IMG/VR virus record: IMGVR_UViG_3300025000_000001
Strand: one strand, 5' to 3'
Source: an uncultured virus (IMG/VR IMGVR_UViG_3300025000_000001)
Taxonomy: Duplodnaviria; Heunggongvirae; Uroviricota; Caudoviricetes
DNA: 64,000 nt
Positions 49,199 through 61,426 of the stretch are shown piece after piece (the first letter of the stretch is position 1; each line of letters starts with the position of its first letter). Under the pieces are notes generated by a model. It worked only from the letters and a program-made list of their open reading frames with translations. It searched no databases and was not told where the DNA came from. The translations under genes were made by a program, and so were the position numbers.

Positions 49199-52100
49199 AT
49201 GGCTGGACAGAATTTTACGGTTTTAATTGAAGCCAGATTAAAAAGTCAGATCGAAGCGCAAATAAAGGCTTTAGCAGAAAAGCAACAGCAAATTCAACTT
49301 TTTGTTAAGTTAAAACTAGAAGACATTGGGGCAACTTTACCAAAAGACGTTGCTGATCAAATTGAAAAAATACGTCAAGAGGCGAAAAGCCTAAGTAGTT
49401 TACACGCTACAGAAATAGAAGACGCTGAGGGTAAGAGAAAGATACAGCAATATACTCTTGAGTATATTAGCAAAGAAAATGAAACAAGAAAGGCGATATT
49501 CAATCTTACTCAGAGAGAAAGCGTTGTAACCAAACAGAAAGAAGAGTTTTACAAACGCTCTGATAGATACAGCAAAGATTATCTTAAAACAATAAGAGAG
49601 TCTGAGAAACTAGAACAAGATCAACTAAGAACTCAAGAAAAATTAGATGCTCTATATGCTAGAAGAGCGGATCAAATGAAGAGTATGCAAATTCAGGCTC
49701 AGAAATTTGATGAAAGAGCGAAAACGTTATCTCAGACACCACAAGTTAGAGAAGCCCGTTCTATCGCAAAGCAGATGATCGACAGCGACGATCCTCAGAG
49801 AGTTGCTGAACTTAATGATAAATTACAAGTTTTAGACGCCGGAATTAGGCAATCCGGTAAAGCGACTTGGTCTTGGGCGGAACAAATGAAGGTTGCCATT
49901 AAAAGAACTATAGAGTGGGGAGCGGCCACAGCGGTTTTATATGGCGCTTATAGGCAACTCAGAGAAGGCATTCAGTATGTTATAGACTTGAATAAAGAAC
50001 TGACAAATATTCAAGTTCTACAAACAACCGGAGCCAAAACAAACGAACAGATTCAAGACTTAGCGAATTCCTATAATGATTTGGCGATTGAGATGGGTGT
50101 AAGCACTTTGGAAATTGCCAGGGGCTCTACAGAATGGCTCAGGAGCGGCAAGAGCATTTCTCAGACTAAAGAATTGCTTAAATCAACTTTGATGCTCTCA
50201 AAGTTAGGTGCAATTGAAGCCGCAGACGCTACAAAGTATTTAACAGCGATTATGAATGGCTTCAATATGGAAGCGGAAGAATCGGAATCTGTTGTAGATA
50301 AATTGGTTCAATTGGACAACAACTATGCTACTAGCGTTTCGGAAATAGCTCAAGCAATGCAGAGGTCATCTGCTTCTGCTCAAATGGCTGGAGTTGAATT
50401 TGATCAACTTGCAGCATATATAACTGTTGTTTCTTCCGAAACAAGAAGAAGTGCGAGTACGATTGGTGAAGCCTTTGATTTTAGAGGCTTTGCGGCATAA
50501 TAAATAAACCGCAAAGAAAATTTTCTTTTATGATTTATGCGACAATGTCGCATAATGCTTGGAAACCCTTTTGGCGGGGCGACAAGGACGAAGCGAGTGT
50601 GTTTTCTCATTATCTTCCCGAAAGTGAGATATTTTTATGAAGAGATGTTTGAATTGTAATAAAGAAATTCCGAATGCAGTTTCTTTTAAAAAATTTTGTT
50701 CTATAAAATGTAGAAATGAATATAGAACTGTTCAAGATCGAGGAAAATATAAATATTTTTGTGATTTCTGTGGTGAGTATTTTGAGGTATCTTATAAAAA
50801 GAAAGGTGAGCATGTATTTTGTTCTAAGGAATGTAATTTTGCATTTGTTTCAAGAGAAGGAAGAAAAGTAACAATTTGCGAATCTTGTGGGGAAGAATTT
50901 GTTCAACCAAGACATGAAAATCACAGGTTTTGTTCTACTGCTTGTGTCGGAATAGGAAAAAAGAATTTGGTGGGAGAAAAAAGCCCCAGTTATATGAAAA
51001 ACTATTCCGAAGATGATCGAACGTTTTTATGTAAAGTGTGCGGAGAAAAAATAAAAAGACCTTTTCGAAGAAACAGAATCCCAAAACATTGTTCTAAGAA
51101 GTGTGCGATGGCAGCCATGATCAATTCTCTCACTAAGCCCCACGTGGCAGTCTGCAATATGCTGGATGAATTAGGGTTTGAATATTTGATAGAGGAGAAA
51201 ATAAATGGATTTTTCGCAGACGTTTTGATTGGAAGTTTGGTAATTGAGGTTATGGGAACCTACTGGCATTGTGACGTTAGAAAATATAATCAAACAATAA
51301 ACGACAAGCAGCAGAGAAATGTAGAAAGAGATTGTCGAAAGAAACATTCTCTAAACGATTCTGGATACAAAATATTATATTTATGGGAAGATGATATAAT
51401 TAAAAATTCAGAAATGTGTTCTAAATTACTAGAATTCTTTGTGCTTAATAATGGAGACATAGATAACCACCATTCCATGAATTATCATTTTGAGGGTGGA
51501 ATATTGTTCTATAATGATGTTGTCTGGGTTCCGTATTTTGAATATGACACTTGCGCGTTGAGAGACTAAATAAGAAAACACCATATTTAGATGGTGATGA
51601 GATAGTCCGAACTGCGATATAAGCCAATAAAAGAAATCGCAGAAGAATACTCAGGTGTAAAGACACCTTAAAGAAGTAGTATTCTCACTCCAAACCGGAG
51701 TAGTAACATAATGTAAAACCATTTTTGCTCGTATGGAAAATATTAAATTAGGAAAAGTTTTTGAGGATGACGCTACCAATATCAATGACGTTGAAAAGGC
51801 ATTGTCGTTGGTTGGAATTCGTCTTAGGGAGGAAGAGGGCGGATTCCGATCTATGGCCGATGTTTTGGATGAACTGTCCTCCAAATGGGATCAGATTGGT
51901 GAATTGGAACAGCGGGCCGTTGCAACCGCCATTGGCGGTTTGCGCCAGAGAGAAGTTTTGCTGACTCTTTTGGGAGAGCAAGAAAAAGTACAAAAAGCCA
52001 TGATTCTTCAACAGGCCGCAGAGAACCTAGCACAGAAACGTTATGCTATTTATCTTGAAAGCGTTGAAGCTGCTCAAGAAAAATTCTTGGCAACAAAACA

Positions 52101-54939
52101 GAAATTATGGCAAAACTTTATCCCCAGCGATCTTGTAAGAGATGTAATTGATCTCGGAACCGGAATATTGACTCTGATTGATCAAATTGGCGGTTTGAGT
52201 TCAATTATTGTGGTTGCCACTGCTGCCCTAGTCTTATACAATTCTCAACACGTTTTAGCATTTGGAACAAACTTAACCTCTGCAATAGCATCTATTCCCA
52301 GATTGATCGCAGGAATAAACGCATATACCTTTGGTTTAAATGCTGCAACAATTGCAACAGCTAATCTTGCAATAGGAATAAGCGGGTTAGTTGCCGCATT
52401 TTTGGTTTATAGAAAGTTACAAAAAGATGCCGAAGACGGAATTAAAAATGTTGCCTCAGCGTGGGAAGAAGCAAACAGAAAGTTAATCGAAGTTGAGGCA
52501 AGCAACACAGAAGTTCTTGACAGATATCGCAAAGCGATGGATAATACAAATGCTGTATTAGACAAGCAGTGGTTTTATCTGAGGGCGCTGATTGACGAAG
52601 AAAAGTTACGGGAAGACCTAGCTAAAGTAACAATTGAAACGCTAGGTAAAACATCTAAAACATTTGAAGAATATTCTAGGGCATTGAAAGAAACTGCTCT
52701 TTATCTAGGATATTCGGTTGATGAAACAGGAAGGTTTTATACTCTCATTCCGACAGTTGATGGAATAGTCAAAGAATATTCGAATTCTCTCTGGGGACTT
52801 AGTGACGCAGAGTTTGAGGCCGGAAGAATATCTGGAATTCTTGGAGAAGAAGTGGAGTTTGTTGGTGGTGCTTTCAGAGAATTTTCGGATGTCTTAGACG
52901 GCATTCAAGATAAAATAACGGTCATAGATGATGCAATAACTTCCTTTGGAAAGGGAGAATTCGGTGTTGAAGATATTCAAAAGTTGGCTGAAGCCTATCC
53001 AGAATATTTAGAGGCTCTTGAAATTGAGGGAGATAGTCTTACTTTAAACACTGAAAAGTTAAAAGAATACAAGAAAGAGTTGATTGAAACCGCTATAGCG
53101 GCAATCAAGGCGGCAGGCCCACTTACCGAATCTGCTGCGAAACAGGTTGAAATTCTTGAATTCATGCTTAAGACTATGGATAAAATGCCATCTGAATCTG
53201 GTGGGTTTTTTCTAACCGGATTCGAAGAAGAAAGAGAACGACTTGATGAAACTTTAACTGGTTATCAGGCTCTTAGTGACGCAATCGGACAATTCGGAGA
53301 AACATCTCAAGAGGCATATGAAGCATTACAGAAATTCTTAGGTGAAGGCGCAGACATTCAAAACTTTCTAACCGAAGAAGGCGCTGTAAACATAGACGCC
53401 TTGAAGTCTCATACAGAAAGTTATTTTTCCTGGCTGAATGACGCAATCATAAACTCAACCGAGTTGTCGGAAGAAATGAAAGCGGCACTACTTGGTCTGT
53501 TGAATGAAACTGCTAATGCTATATCAAATATTCAGGGTAGATTAGTTGACGGAATTTATTTAAACCAATATCAATTCCAACAATTTGCAACTGATGTTTC
53601 TCAAGTTTTATTTGATGCTGCTAATAACGCGAAAATCGTTTTAGTTGATATTGCTGGTAATACTCTGAATTCTGCTGAAAACGTAAAAGTTGCCCTGATG
53701 AATAAGATGATCTCATATGATCAACTTATGGCTCAACTGAAAAATTCATCTTTTGGATATCTAACTCAAGTTGCAGAGTATGGTGCACAATTAACTGGTT
53801 TTCTAACCGGTGGGACTCCGTATAAACCTGTTGCACCAAATTACACAACTCTTGGAGGAGGTGGGGGCGGAAGCGGTGGAAGTCAAGCCGAATCGCCAGA
53901 AAAGAAGCGAATTCAAGCAGACATAGACGAACTTCTTCGAAAGAAAAAAGCATTACAAGATAATCTTAAGGCTTTCAAAAAGTATATTGATCTTCAAAAA
54001 GAATCTCTGAAACTTCTAAAAGAAGAAAAAGAGTTCAACGATTCCTTACAAAAGAAAAATAAAGAACTTGGTGATCTGAAAACAGAAATCATGATTCTTG
54101 GCCTAGACGATAGCGAAGAAGCTAAAGCCAAACGATTGCAACTTGAAGAAGAAGCGATGCTTTTGGAAGAGGAAATCAACAAAGATTCCGAAGATCGTAA
54201 ATATGAACTTCAAATTCAGGCTCTTGAAAAACTAGAAAGCGAATATCAAGAAGGAATTGAATATCAAATCGAACTGATTGATATGGAAATTCAAAGACTG
54301 AAAGATGAAGCCGAAGCATTGAATTCTGTTGGTGGAGGAGTTTCTTCGGTTACTTCGCAGTATCAATATCAAGGGAGTGTTGTTGCGCAAGTAGTTGATT
54401 CCATAATTGCAAAATTAAAAGAAAACAAAGACAGCGTTGCGGCAGTAGAATCAGAAATGAGAACTTTGATTACCTCTTGGGTGTCTGCCGGTTTGAGTGC
54501 AGATGAGGCGTATGCTAAAGCTGTTCGCTATTATGATTATCTCTCTTCTATGGGTGGTGGTGGCAATTGGCAAACAAACGCTCCAAGCGCAACCACAGGA
54601 ACGGGGGCGGTTGCTGCGGTTCCTCATCACAGCGGCGGTTTTGTTGGTGGATTGAAAAGCAATGAAGAATTTGCCAAACTTCTTGATGGCGAATTGGTTG
54701 TAACTCAATCCCAAATGGATAAGTTTATGAAATATACATTGCCAGGAATGGCTAAAACCAAATCGGTTCAAAGTTCTTCCGGAAGCGTAAAAATAGATAA
54801 ACTTTTAAACGTTGAGGGAAATTTAGATTCTTCAGTTATGCCAAACGTTGAAAAACTTTTGAACGCCGCTGTTGAAAAATTAAATAGCACCATGTTAAAA
54901 CGTGGATTTCTCAGACAAACAAACAGTTTTAGCACATGA
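49199..54939 (+). CDS. Tape measure protein; exons 49199-50475 and 51714-54939, 1500 aa spliced
   Basis: TP901-type core (WLRSG, VDKL...DNNYA); splicing restores TIGEAF|KTIFARM; C-terminal HHSGG. Confidence 0.9.
50476..51713 (+). mobile_element. Group I intron, 1238 nt, with endonuclease ORF in P6
   Basis: P1 AAGCCUU/GAGGCUU with U.G; P10 tttta/taaaa; R ttgagagacta; S gagatagtcc; P8 caccat/atggtg; terminal G51713. Confidence 0.92.
50637..51569 (+). CDS. Intron-encoded homing endonuclease (Cys repeats plus Vsr/DUF559-like nuclease)
   Basis: Repeated CxxC...FCSxxC; FADV, IEVMGTYWH, GYKILYLWE. Confidence 0.87.
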   Translation: MKRCLNCNKEIPNAVSFKKFCSIKCRNEYRTVQDRGKYKYFCDFCGEYFEVSYKKKGEHVFCSKECNFAFVSREGRKVTICESCGEEFVQPRHENHRFCSTACVGIGKKNLVGEKSPSYMKNYSEDDRTFLCKVCGEKIKRPFRRNRIPKHCSKKCAMAAMINSLTKPHVAVCNMLDELGFEYLIEEKINGFFADVLIGSLVIEVMGTYWHCDVRKYNQTINDKQQRNVERDCRKKHSLNDSGYKILYLWEDDIIKNSEMCSKLLEFFVLNNGDIDNHHSMNYHFEGGILFYNDVVWVPYFEYDTCALRD

Positions 54940-54958
54940 TAATAATTAAGTATAAAAC

Positions 54959-54984
54959 GAAGAGGGGTTTAAAAGCCCCTCTTC
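54959..54984 (+). terminator. Hairpin after tape measure gene
   Basis: gaagagggg-tttaaaag-cccctcttc. Confidence 0.6.
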
Positions 54985-55012
54985 AAACATCTTTTGTGAA
55001 AGGAGGTACAAA

Positions 55013-55813
55013 TTGTTCTACGGACGATCTTTTACTATTTCGGATCAACCTTCAGAGTTTTTCAATATATTAATTAGTAGTCCTGAGGGGGGCGATGTTT
55101 CTACTAATGCCTCAAATGACGTTGAACTAATGACTGAAAGTATTTACAGAAGACCGAAGGTTTATCTTTTGGGAGTAAAGCAATCACCTGTTTTGGAATT
55201 TGATGTACACTTCAATACTCCAACCGAATTAGATGCCTCCGAAGCCGCCAATGCTAGTCGCTGGTTGTTTGGCTCTCAAACGTATCGAAAGTTACAAATT
55301 ATGCAACCCGATATGGACACGGTTTATTTCAATTGCTTTTTGACCAATCCTCAGATCAAGCGTGTTGGGAATATTGTTAGAGGGTTTTCTGCTACGGTTG
55401 TCTGCGATGCTCCCTGGGCTTGGGAGTTTGAAAAAACATATTCCTTTACTGCGAGCGCACCCGCTCCCGCAGGCTATCCTTCTGGAAACGTATATTATCA
55501 TTATAATGAAACAGATTCTTCAACCTACATTTATCCAAACGTCGAATTTACAACAAATATTTTCGGAGATGATGTTTCAATCATTAACATTTCAGACAAT
55601 GCTAGAAATTTCGAGTTTACGGGGTTGAATGCTTCTGAAACGATCACAATCAATGGAGAAACTAAAATCTTAGCATCTGACAGTTTGCTGAATCGCTTGG
55701 GTAATTTCAATAAAAATTTCTTGAGACTGGTTCCTGGGTTAAATAGACTCTTTTATTCTAGTTCGTTTTCTTCTTTGGAAATGTCGTATTCTACACCAAA
55801 GAAAGTTAGTTAA
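55013..55813 (+). CDS. Distal tail protein (Dit)
   Basis: Follows TMP; CDAPWAW, FLRLVPGLN. Confidence 0.82.
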   Translation: MFYGRSFTISDQPSEFFNILISSPEGGDVSTNASNDVELMTESIYRRPKVYLLGVKQSPVLEFDVHFNTPTELDASEAANASRWLFGSQTYRKLQIMQPDMDTVYFNCFLTNPQIKRVGNIVRGFSATVVCDAPWAWEFEKTYSFTASAPAPAGYPSGNVYYHYNETDSSTYIYPNVEFTTNIFGDDVSIINISDNARNFEFTGLNASETITINGETKILASDSLLNRLGNFNKNFLRLVPGLNRLFYSSSFSSLEMSYSTPKKVS

Positions 55814-55822
55814 GGAGTTAAA

Positions 55823-58633
55823 ATGATTGTAAATTTTGACTTCATGAATCAATTGGAAAAACCATATATAATTCTGTGTAATCCCAACAAAGAAGAACTT
55901 CTATCTCTGGATGCCGTTTGCTATAACACTAAATTGAATTGGAAATTCAACGCTCTTTCAGAATTGGAGTTCGACTATCCAGAGTCAATAAATTCTGGAT
56001 CGCCATCAGAACCAATCGTAACAGAAATAACTCTTGGTGCTTATGATGCCTTAACCTTAGAAGAACTTGATGGAAAAATATTGGGAAATATTGACGCTGT
56101 TGTGCAACCCACATCTGCGTTTTCATATCTGAAGTCCAAAAGACTTGTAAAAGTTGAGAATTTTGGATATTTTACTATCTTGGAAGCCGAAGACGAATTT
56201 GATGGTGCAACGCCAATAAAAAAAGTAAAATGTGTTTCTTTAGAGGGAGAACTTTTATACAAAAAATTAACTGCGTTTGGGGGCCAATGGCAGTTTTATA
56301 GCGCCGTTACACCAGAAGATAGCTTGATGGGTCAAATTATATTGTTACTGCCAGGCTGGAGTATCGGTTCGATAGACGGAGAATTATCTACAAAACAACG
56401 AAGTTTTGATGTTTCTGATACAACAATTTATTCCTTTCTGATGAATGACGTAGAACAAACTTTTGGTTGCGTGTTTACGTTTGATACAGTTAACAAAACA
56501 ATATCTGCGGAACTAATAGACAATGTTGTAGATGATACATCTATCTTTCTTAGTTTCGACAACGTTCTAAAAGAAGGAAAATTTAAAGAAATATCGGATG
56601 AGATTTCTACCGCTCTGTATGTTTATGGCGGAAATGACTTAGACATTCGATCAGTAAATCCTCTCGGAACAAACGTCATTTATAATTTTGACTATTATGT
56701 AGAAAATGGGTGGATGGGAGATGATTTATCTGCCGCTGTAACAAATTGGCAAATTCTTTTGGATTCTTATCAATCTGCATATTCTGAACTTCTGACTCTT
56801 TTGAGAGAAAAAAACACAGAAATGGGAGTTTTGGAAACCGAACTGACAACCTTAGAGGGAAATTATGTTGCAGATGAAACAACTTTAAAAGGCTTAATCG
56901 AGCAGAATGCTTCCAGTGAAGACATAGCGGCGGCGAATGCGATTTTGCTTTCTGACCAATCTTTGGTTGATGGTAAAAATGAAGATATCACCGCCAAACA
57001 ATCAGAAATTGATTCTGTCTTAGCACAGATAGTAGTCATTAATGAAACTGTTTCGTTTGATCAAAATTTCACGCCTTCGCAATTAATTGAATTACATTCT
57101 TTTATTTTCGAAAACACTTATCTGAATGAAAATATCATTCAAACGGACATAATGACCGCTGCTCAAATTCAAGATCAGGCTCAAGAGCTATATGATCAGG
57201 CTCAAATGGTGCTTGGAAGAGTGTCTCAACCCAGATATGAGTTTAATACTGAGGCAATCAACTTTACCGCTTTACTAGAGTATCAAGAATTTACCGATCA
57301 ACTAGAACTCGGAGACTCGGTAACAATTCAGTTGAGCGACAATTACACAATAACTGCGGTTTTACTTGAAGTTTCAATGGACTTAGATGATCCTTCTGAT
57401 TTTTCTTTAACTTTTAGCAATAGATTAAGACTAGATAATGGGTCATTTATTTATTCTGACTTGATGGGTCAAATCGTAAAAACAGGAAAGAGCGTTTCGT
57501 TTGATAAATTAAAATGGAATGACTGGACTTCTGATTATAAAAACGATGTGACAACATTTATAACTTCTGCTTTGAACGCTGCTAATAATCAACTAATAAA
57601 TTCTGATAATCAAGAAATCACAATCGGTAAGAACGGGTTAAAGGGTCGCCAGGCAATTCTTGATGTAAATGGGACTGTTACTGGATATGAAGATACTCAA
57701 GTGTGGCTGACCAGCAGCATTCTTGCGTTTACAAATGACGCTTGGAATAGTGCGGGCTTGGCTATCGGTAAGATAAAAATGAATGAAGACGATCCAGATG
57801 GTTCCGAACAATTTGGAGTTGTTGCTGATTATCTGGTTGGTCACTTAGTGGCGGCAAATAATCTTATTATTTCAAACGACGCAAACACCTTCACTGTAGA
57901 TGAAAATGGGGCAACTCTTTTAAATGCCAGTTTTACGATTGAACAAAATGACACTCGAATTGTTCTTGATCCTTCTGTTGGCATAAAAATAGAATCCAAA
58001 CCTGAAGGAACATGGAACCCCACGTTCTTTGTTGATGGAACAGGAAATCTAAACTTTGCTGGAAATTTAGCAGGAGCAACAGGAACGTTTTCTGGTTCCA
58101 TCTCTGCCACTAGTGGTACTTTTGGTGGGTGGGAACTTACCGAATTTGGCTTTAAAAAAGGCGAAGAATTATACATCAACAGCAACGGAAATCTGAAGTT
58201 TGGGGGACTAGAAATAACTGGATCAACCGCAAAGTTTTCTGGTGACATTTGGGCAAACAGTTTTCACGGAAACGTAATTACAAATGAAAACATCGTGTCC
58301 ATTAATGCCGAAAAGATCAACGCTGGTTCAATCAATGGTTTTCAGATTTACGGAACATATATTGAAGGCGGAAGGATTTATGGAACTGTTTTAGAATGGG
58401 CTGACGTTACAATGCAAGCTACCGCTACTGGTGTTGCAGACATATATGCCGGATCAACAATAGAGATGAGAACGCGAGGAGGGGCAATTACGATTAATTC
58501 TTCTGGTTTGTTTTTGGGCGGCTACATATACCTTAACCCTGCTTATAATTTTGTGTTTTCGTCAGTCGGAAAATCTGGATACAACGGAACAATTAGCGGA
58601 GTTCAATTTATCAACGGTCTTGCCGTGTCATAG
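55823..58633 (+). CDS. Baseplate hub/tail tip protein (Tal-like)
   Basis: FNALSELEF, FDTVNKTI, IRSVNPLG, coiled coil, beta-rich C-terminus. Confidence 0.82.
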   Translation: MIVNFDFMNQLEKPYIILCNPNKEELLSLDAVCYNTKLNWKFNALSELEFDYPESINSGSPSEPIVTEITLGAYDALTLEELDGKILGNIDAVVQPTSAFSYLKSKRLVKVENFGYFTILEAEDEFDGATPIKKVKCVSLEGELLYKKLTAFGGQWQFYSAVTPEDSLMGQIILLLPGWSIGSIDGELSTKQRSFDVSDTTIYSFLMNDVEQTFGCVFTFDTVNKTISAELIDNVVDDTSIFLSFDNVLKEGKFKEISDEISTALYVYGGNDLDIRSVNPLGTNVIYNFDYYVENGWMGDDLSAAVTNWQILLDSYQSAYSELLTLLREKNTEMGVLETELTTLEGNYVADETTLKGLIEQNASSEDIAAANAILLSDQSLVDGKNEDITAKQSEIDSVLAQIVVINETVSFDQNFTPSQLIELHSFIFENTYLNENIIQTDIMTAAQIQDQAQELYDQAQMVLGRVSQPRYEFNTEAINFTALLEYQEFTDQLELGDSVTIQLSDNYTITAVLLEVSMDLDDPSDFSLTFSNRLRLDNGSFIYSDLMGQIVKTGKSVSFDKLKWNDWTSDYKNDVTTFITSALNAANNQLINSDNQEITIGKNGLKGRQAILDVNGTVTGYEDTQVWLTSSILAFTNDAWNSAGLAIGKIKMNEDDPDGSEQFGVVADYLVGHLVAANNLIISNDANTFTVDENGATLLNASFTIEQNDTRIVLDPSVGIKIESKPEGTWNPTFFVDGTGNLNFAGNLAGATGTFSGSISATSGTFGGWELTEFGFKKGEELYINSNGNLKFGGLEITGSTAKFSGDIWANSFHGNVITNENIVSINAEKINAGSINGFQIYGTYIEGGRIYGTVLEWADVTMQATATGVADIYAGSTIEMRTRGGAITINSSGLFLGGYIYLNPAYNFVFSSVGKSGYNGTISGVQFINGLAVS

Positions 58634-58644
58634 GAGGACAAGCA

Positions 58645-59004
58645 ATGTCTTATACATCTTATAGCTCAATTAACAATTTGGAGGAAATTTCTTTTGTCGC
58701 TGGAACAAAATACACTTTGCATTTTAACTTCTATGATTCTGCTGGCGCTGCTATTGATATTTCCTCATTTACTTGTAAATGGCAAATTGCTCCAGTTGGC
58801 AGAGCGCACGAAGGAATTCCGACTCTTGATTTAACTGGAACAATAGAATCTACAAATGGTTTTTATATTAACTTAGATGAAAATACTGCCTCATTATCAG
58901 GAAAGTATATTCACCAACCGATTTTAATAGATATAAATGCAGACGAGCAAAGGCCAGTTCAAGGAATAATCACAATTATTCCCAAAATTGTTCCAGTCGC
59001 ATAA
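58645..59004 (+). CDS. BppU-N-like baseplate adaptor
   Basis: IDIS, TASLSGKYIHQ, QGIITI. Confidence 0.65.
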   Translation: MSYTSYSSINNLEEISFVAGTKYTLHFNFYDSAGAAIDISSFTCKWQIAPVGRAHEGIPTLDLTGTIESTNGFYINLDENTASLSGKYIHQPILIDINADEQRPVQGIITIIPKIVPVA

Positions 59005-59016
59005 AGGAGAATAAAA

Positions 59017-59421
59017 ATGGCTATTACTTATTACGCGTCCAATAAAATTTTGGATTTAAACTTCGGATCAACGGCTTATTCTGTTCCTGGAACTTTATAT
59101 GTCGGTCTTTCTACTACTGCAATTGCGGCAAATGGCACGGGGTCAACCGAGCCAGTAGCAATGGGTTATGCTAGAGTTGCAGTCACAAACAACAAAACAA
59201 ACTGGGATACTGCCGCAAATGGAACTCTGAGTAACCTCACCGCCGTAGAATTTGCAATAAGCACCGGAAATTGGGGTACAATTACTCACGTTTTCTTGGC
59301 AGATGCCGCAAGCGCGGGAAATATTTGGTTTTCTCAGGCTTTAGCCTCTAGTAAAAATGTTCAAACCGACACCGTTGTTAGATTTGAAATTGGGGCCATC
59401 GACATTTCGATGACTAACTAA
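59017..59421 (+). CDS. Small baseplate/tail fibre protein
   Basis: LYVGL, GYARVAV, NWGTITH..L.DAASAGN. Confidence 0.7.
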   Translation: MAITYYASNKILDLNFGSTAYSVPGTLYVGLSTTAIAANGTGSTEPVAMGYARVAVTNNKTNWDTAANGTLSNLTAVEFAISTGNWGTITHVFLADAASAGNIWFSQALASSKNVQTDTVVRFEIGAIDISMTN

Positions 59422-59423
59422 AC

Positions 59424-59924
59424 ATGCCAACCATCAACACATCGAAAACCTTTACTGTTACAGCGATAACGGAAAAGATTTTCAGTGTTATAGGCGATCT
59501 AAATATCATACCGACATGGCTGCTAAATCTTCAAGTTCCGAGCATTAATTTGTCTTTCGACATGAAATTAATAAAAAGACTCGAAGTATCTCTGACTATT
59601 CCGACCATTGTTGTCAACACAGAATTTTTGATTCCTCAGATGGATGTTATGCCACAAAATTATGTCATATCCATTCCGGTTCCGAGTTTTGACATCATTC
59701 TAAGTCAGATACAGAAATTTAGCATAGCTGTGAGTAGCGGATTGGCGATTTCTCCTGAAATGACCCTAAATCAGATTGTTTCAACCGCTCTAGTTATTCC
59801 GGTTGTTGATATTTCTTGGGATATTTTTGTCGGAATATTATATGTTTTAGATGACTATGACGCTGATACTCTGGCCGACATGGATTTTCAGCAACTTGGC
59901 GATTTAGATAAAGTTGCTTCATAA
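59424..59924 (+). CDS. Beta-strand-rich tail protein
   Basis: Ile/Val/Ser/Pro periodicity; tail operon position. Confidence 0.6.
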   Translation: MPTINTSKTFTVTAITEKIFSVIGDLNIIPTWLLNLQVPSINLSFDMKLIKRLEVSLTIPTIVVNTEFLIPQMDVMPQNYVISIPVPSFDIILSQIQKFSIAVSSGLAISPEMTLNQIVSTALVIPVVDISWDIFVGILYVLDDYDADTLADMDFQQLGDLDKVAS

Positions 59925-59945
59925 TGTTTTTTATAGGAGGATTTA

Positions 59946-61415
59946 ATGCCTAGCGCATCCACGTATTACAATTTGGCTCTGTATAATAGCACCACAGACG
60001 CCACTCAAACATTTTTAGACTATCGTTTGGCTCAAAGCGGCGATGCTCTAACGTCAAACATGAACATTCTTGATGGAGCCCTGCATCAGCATGATCTTAG
60101 TATTTCCGCACTCGGTAATGTAAGAGGTCTGATCCGAGTTTCTTTACTGAAAAGCACCAGTAACCACTACACGGCAACGGGTGTGAGTGCTTTAACAACT
60201 TACACAAATTCCCAACTCCTTGTAAACCTTGATTTTGACTACGCCGGAGATGGTGGTGCTAATCCAATGAGCATCAACATTAACTCTCTTGGCGCAGTAG
60301 AGGTTGTTAGGCAAGATGAGACTGATGTTATGCCCGGAGAACTATTTGCAGAAAAAAATTATATCTTATATTTCGACGGAACAAAATACAGGCTTGCCAG
60401 TCCAACTTTTTATTCCGATTTAAGTTATGAGAACGCCAACGAGTCGATGATGATTGGCAAGGTTTTGGATAATGTTGCCGCCCATTATCAAGATTGTGTT
60501 TCTCTTGGATATGGGGCAACTCCTGGTAGCGATGTGAACATTGGTAACGTTGCCATTGGACACAATGCCCTCTCTTCTGTTGGAATGACAACCAATGATG
60601 ACTATAACGTTGTTATTGGGTGGAATTCTGGAGATAGCGGCAGAATTGCAAAATCTGTTTTGGTTGGCGCAGATATTGACTTAGGAGTGTCTTCAACTAG
60701 TGATGTCAGAGTTGGTTATCAGGCTGCAACCGGAGTTGCCGGAAGTTGGAACGTGATTGCGGGTTATCAGGCCGCAAGTCCAACCGCAAACTCCATTCTA
60801 AATAAATCGGTCATCCTGGGTTATACTGCTGCTGCAAACGCCGGAAGTTCTTTGTATTCTACGGAAAACGCCGTTGTTATCGGTTATGAAGCCGGAGAGG
60901 GAGCGACCAGACTCAACGGGTCTGTCGTAATCGGCTATCAGGCGGGTAAAACCAACGCAACGCAGAATGAACTATGGATTTCCAACTCCAACACGGCAAC
61001 CCCTTTGATCTACGGCGTATTCTCTGGCGCAACAGCGGGCATAACAATTTATTCTCAGGATGACGCTGGCGTACCTTTGAGAGTAAAGGGAACTGCGTCT
61101 CAGACTGGAAATCTGTTTGAGTGGCAAACAAATACTGGTACTCCCTTGTTGGTTCAGGCAGACGGCGATCTGGAATTTGATGACGCTACAGACATTGTGT
61201 TTGACACCACAACTGGTACTAAAATTGGTACTGCCACTTCTCAAAAACTATCTGTGTGGAATGCAACCCCAATTGTTCAACCGACAACTGGCGTAGCGGA
61301 AGCGGCATTTACTGAAAATGCCGGTGGTACTGCTGTAAATGTTGATAGCACCTTTGGGGGCTATACAATTCAACAAGTTGTTCAGGCTCTACAAAACATT
61401 GGTTTATTGGCTTAA
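59946..61415 (+). CDS. Tail fibre/spike with beta-helix repeats
   Basis: SNMNILD; repeated NVAIG/SVVIGYQA; C-terminus ALQNIGLLA. Confidence 0.8.
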   Translation: MPSASTYYNLALYNSTTDATQTFLDYRLAQSGDALTSNMNILDGALHQHDLSISALGNVRGLIRVSLLKSTSNHYTATGVSALTTYTNSQLLVNLDFDYAGDGGANPMSININSLGAVEVVRQDETDVMPGELFAEKNYILYFDGTKYRLASPTFYSDLSYENANESMMIGKVLDNVAAHYQDCVSLGYGATPGSDVNIGNVAIGHNALSSVGMTTNDDYNVVIGWNSGDSGRIAKSVLVGADIDLGVSSTSDVRVGYQAATGVAGSWNVIAGYQAASPTANSILNKSVILGYTAAANAGSSLYSTENAVVIGYEAGEGATRLNGSVVIGYQAGKTNATQNELWISNSNTATPLIYGVFSGATAGITIYSQDDAGVPLRVKGTASQTGNLFEWQTNTGTPLLVQADGDLEFDDATDIVFDTTTGTKIGTATSQKLSVWNATPIVQPTTGVAEAAFTENAGGTAVNVDSTFGGYTIQQVVQALQNIGLLA

Positions 61416-61426
61416 AATTTAATATA

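Noticed and set aside
14441..61415. Diversity-generating retroelement or invertible fibre shufflon
   Set aside because: No reverse transcriptase, no adenine-variant repeat pair seen, and all fibre genes are co-oriented without flanking inverted repeats
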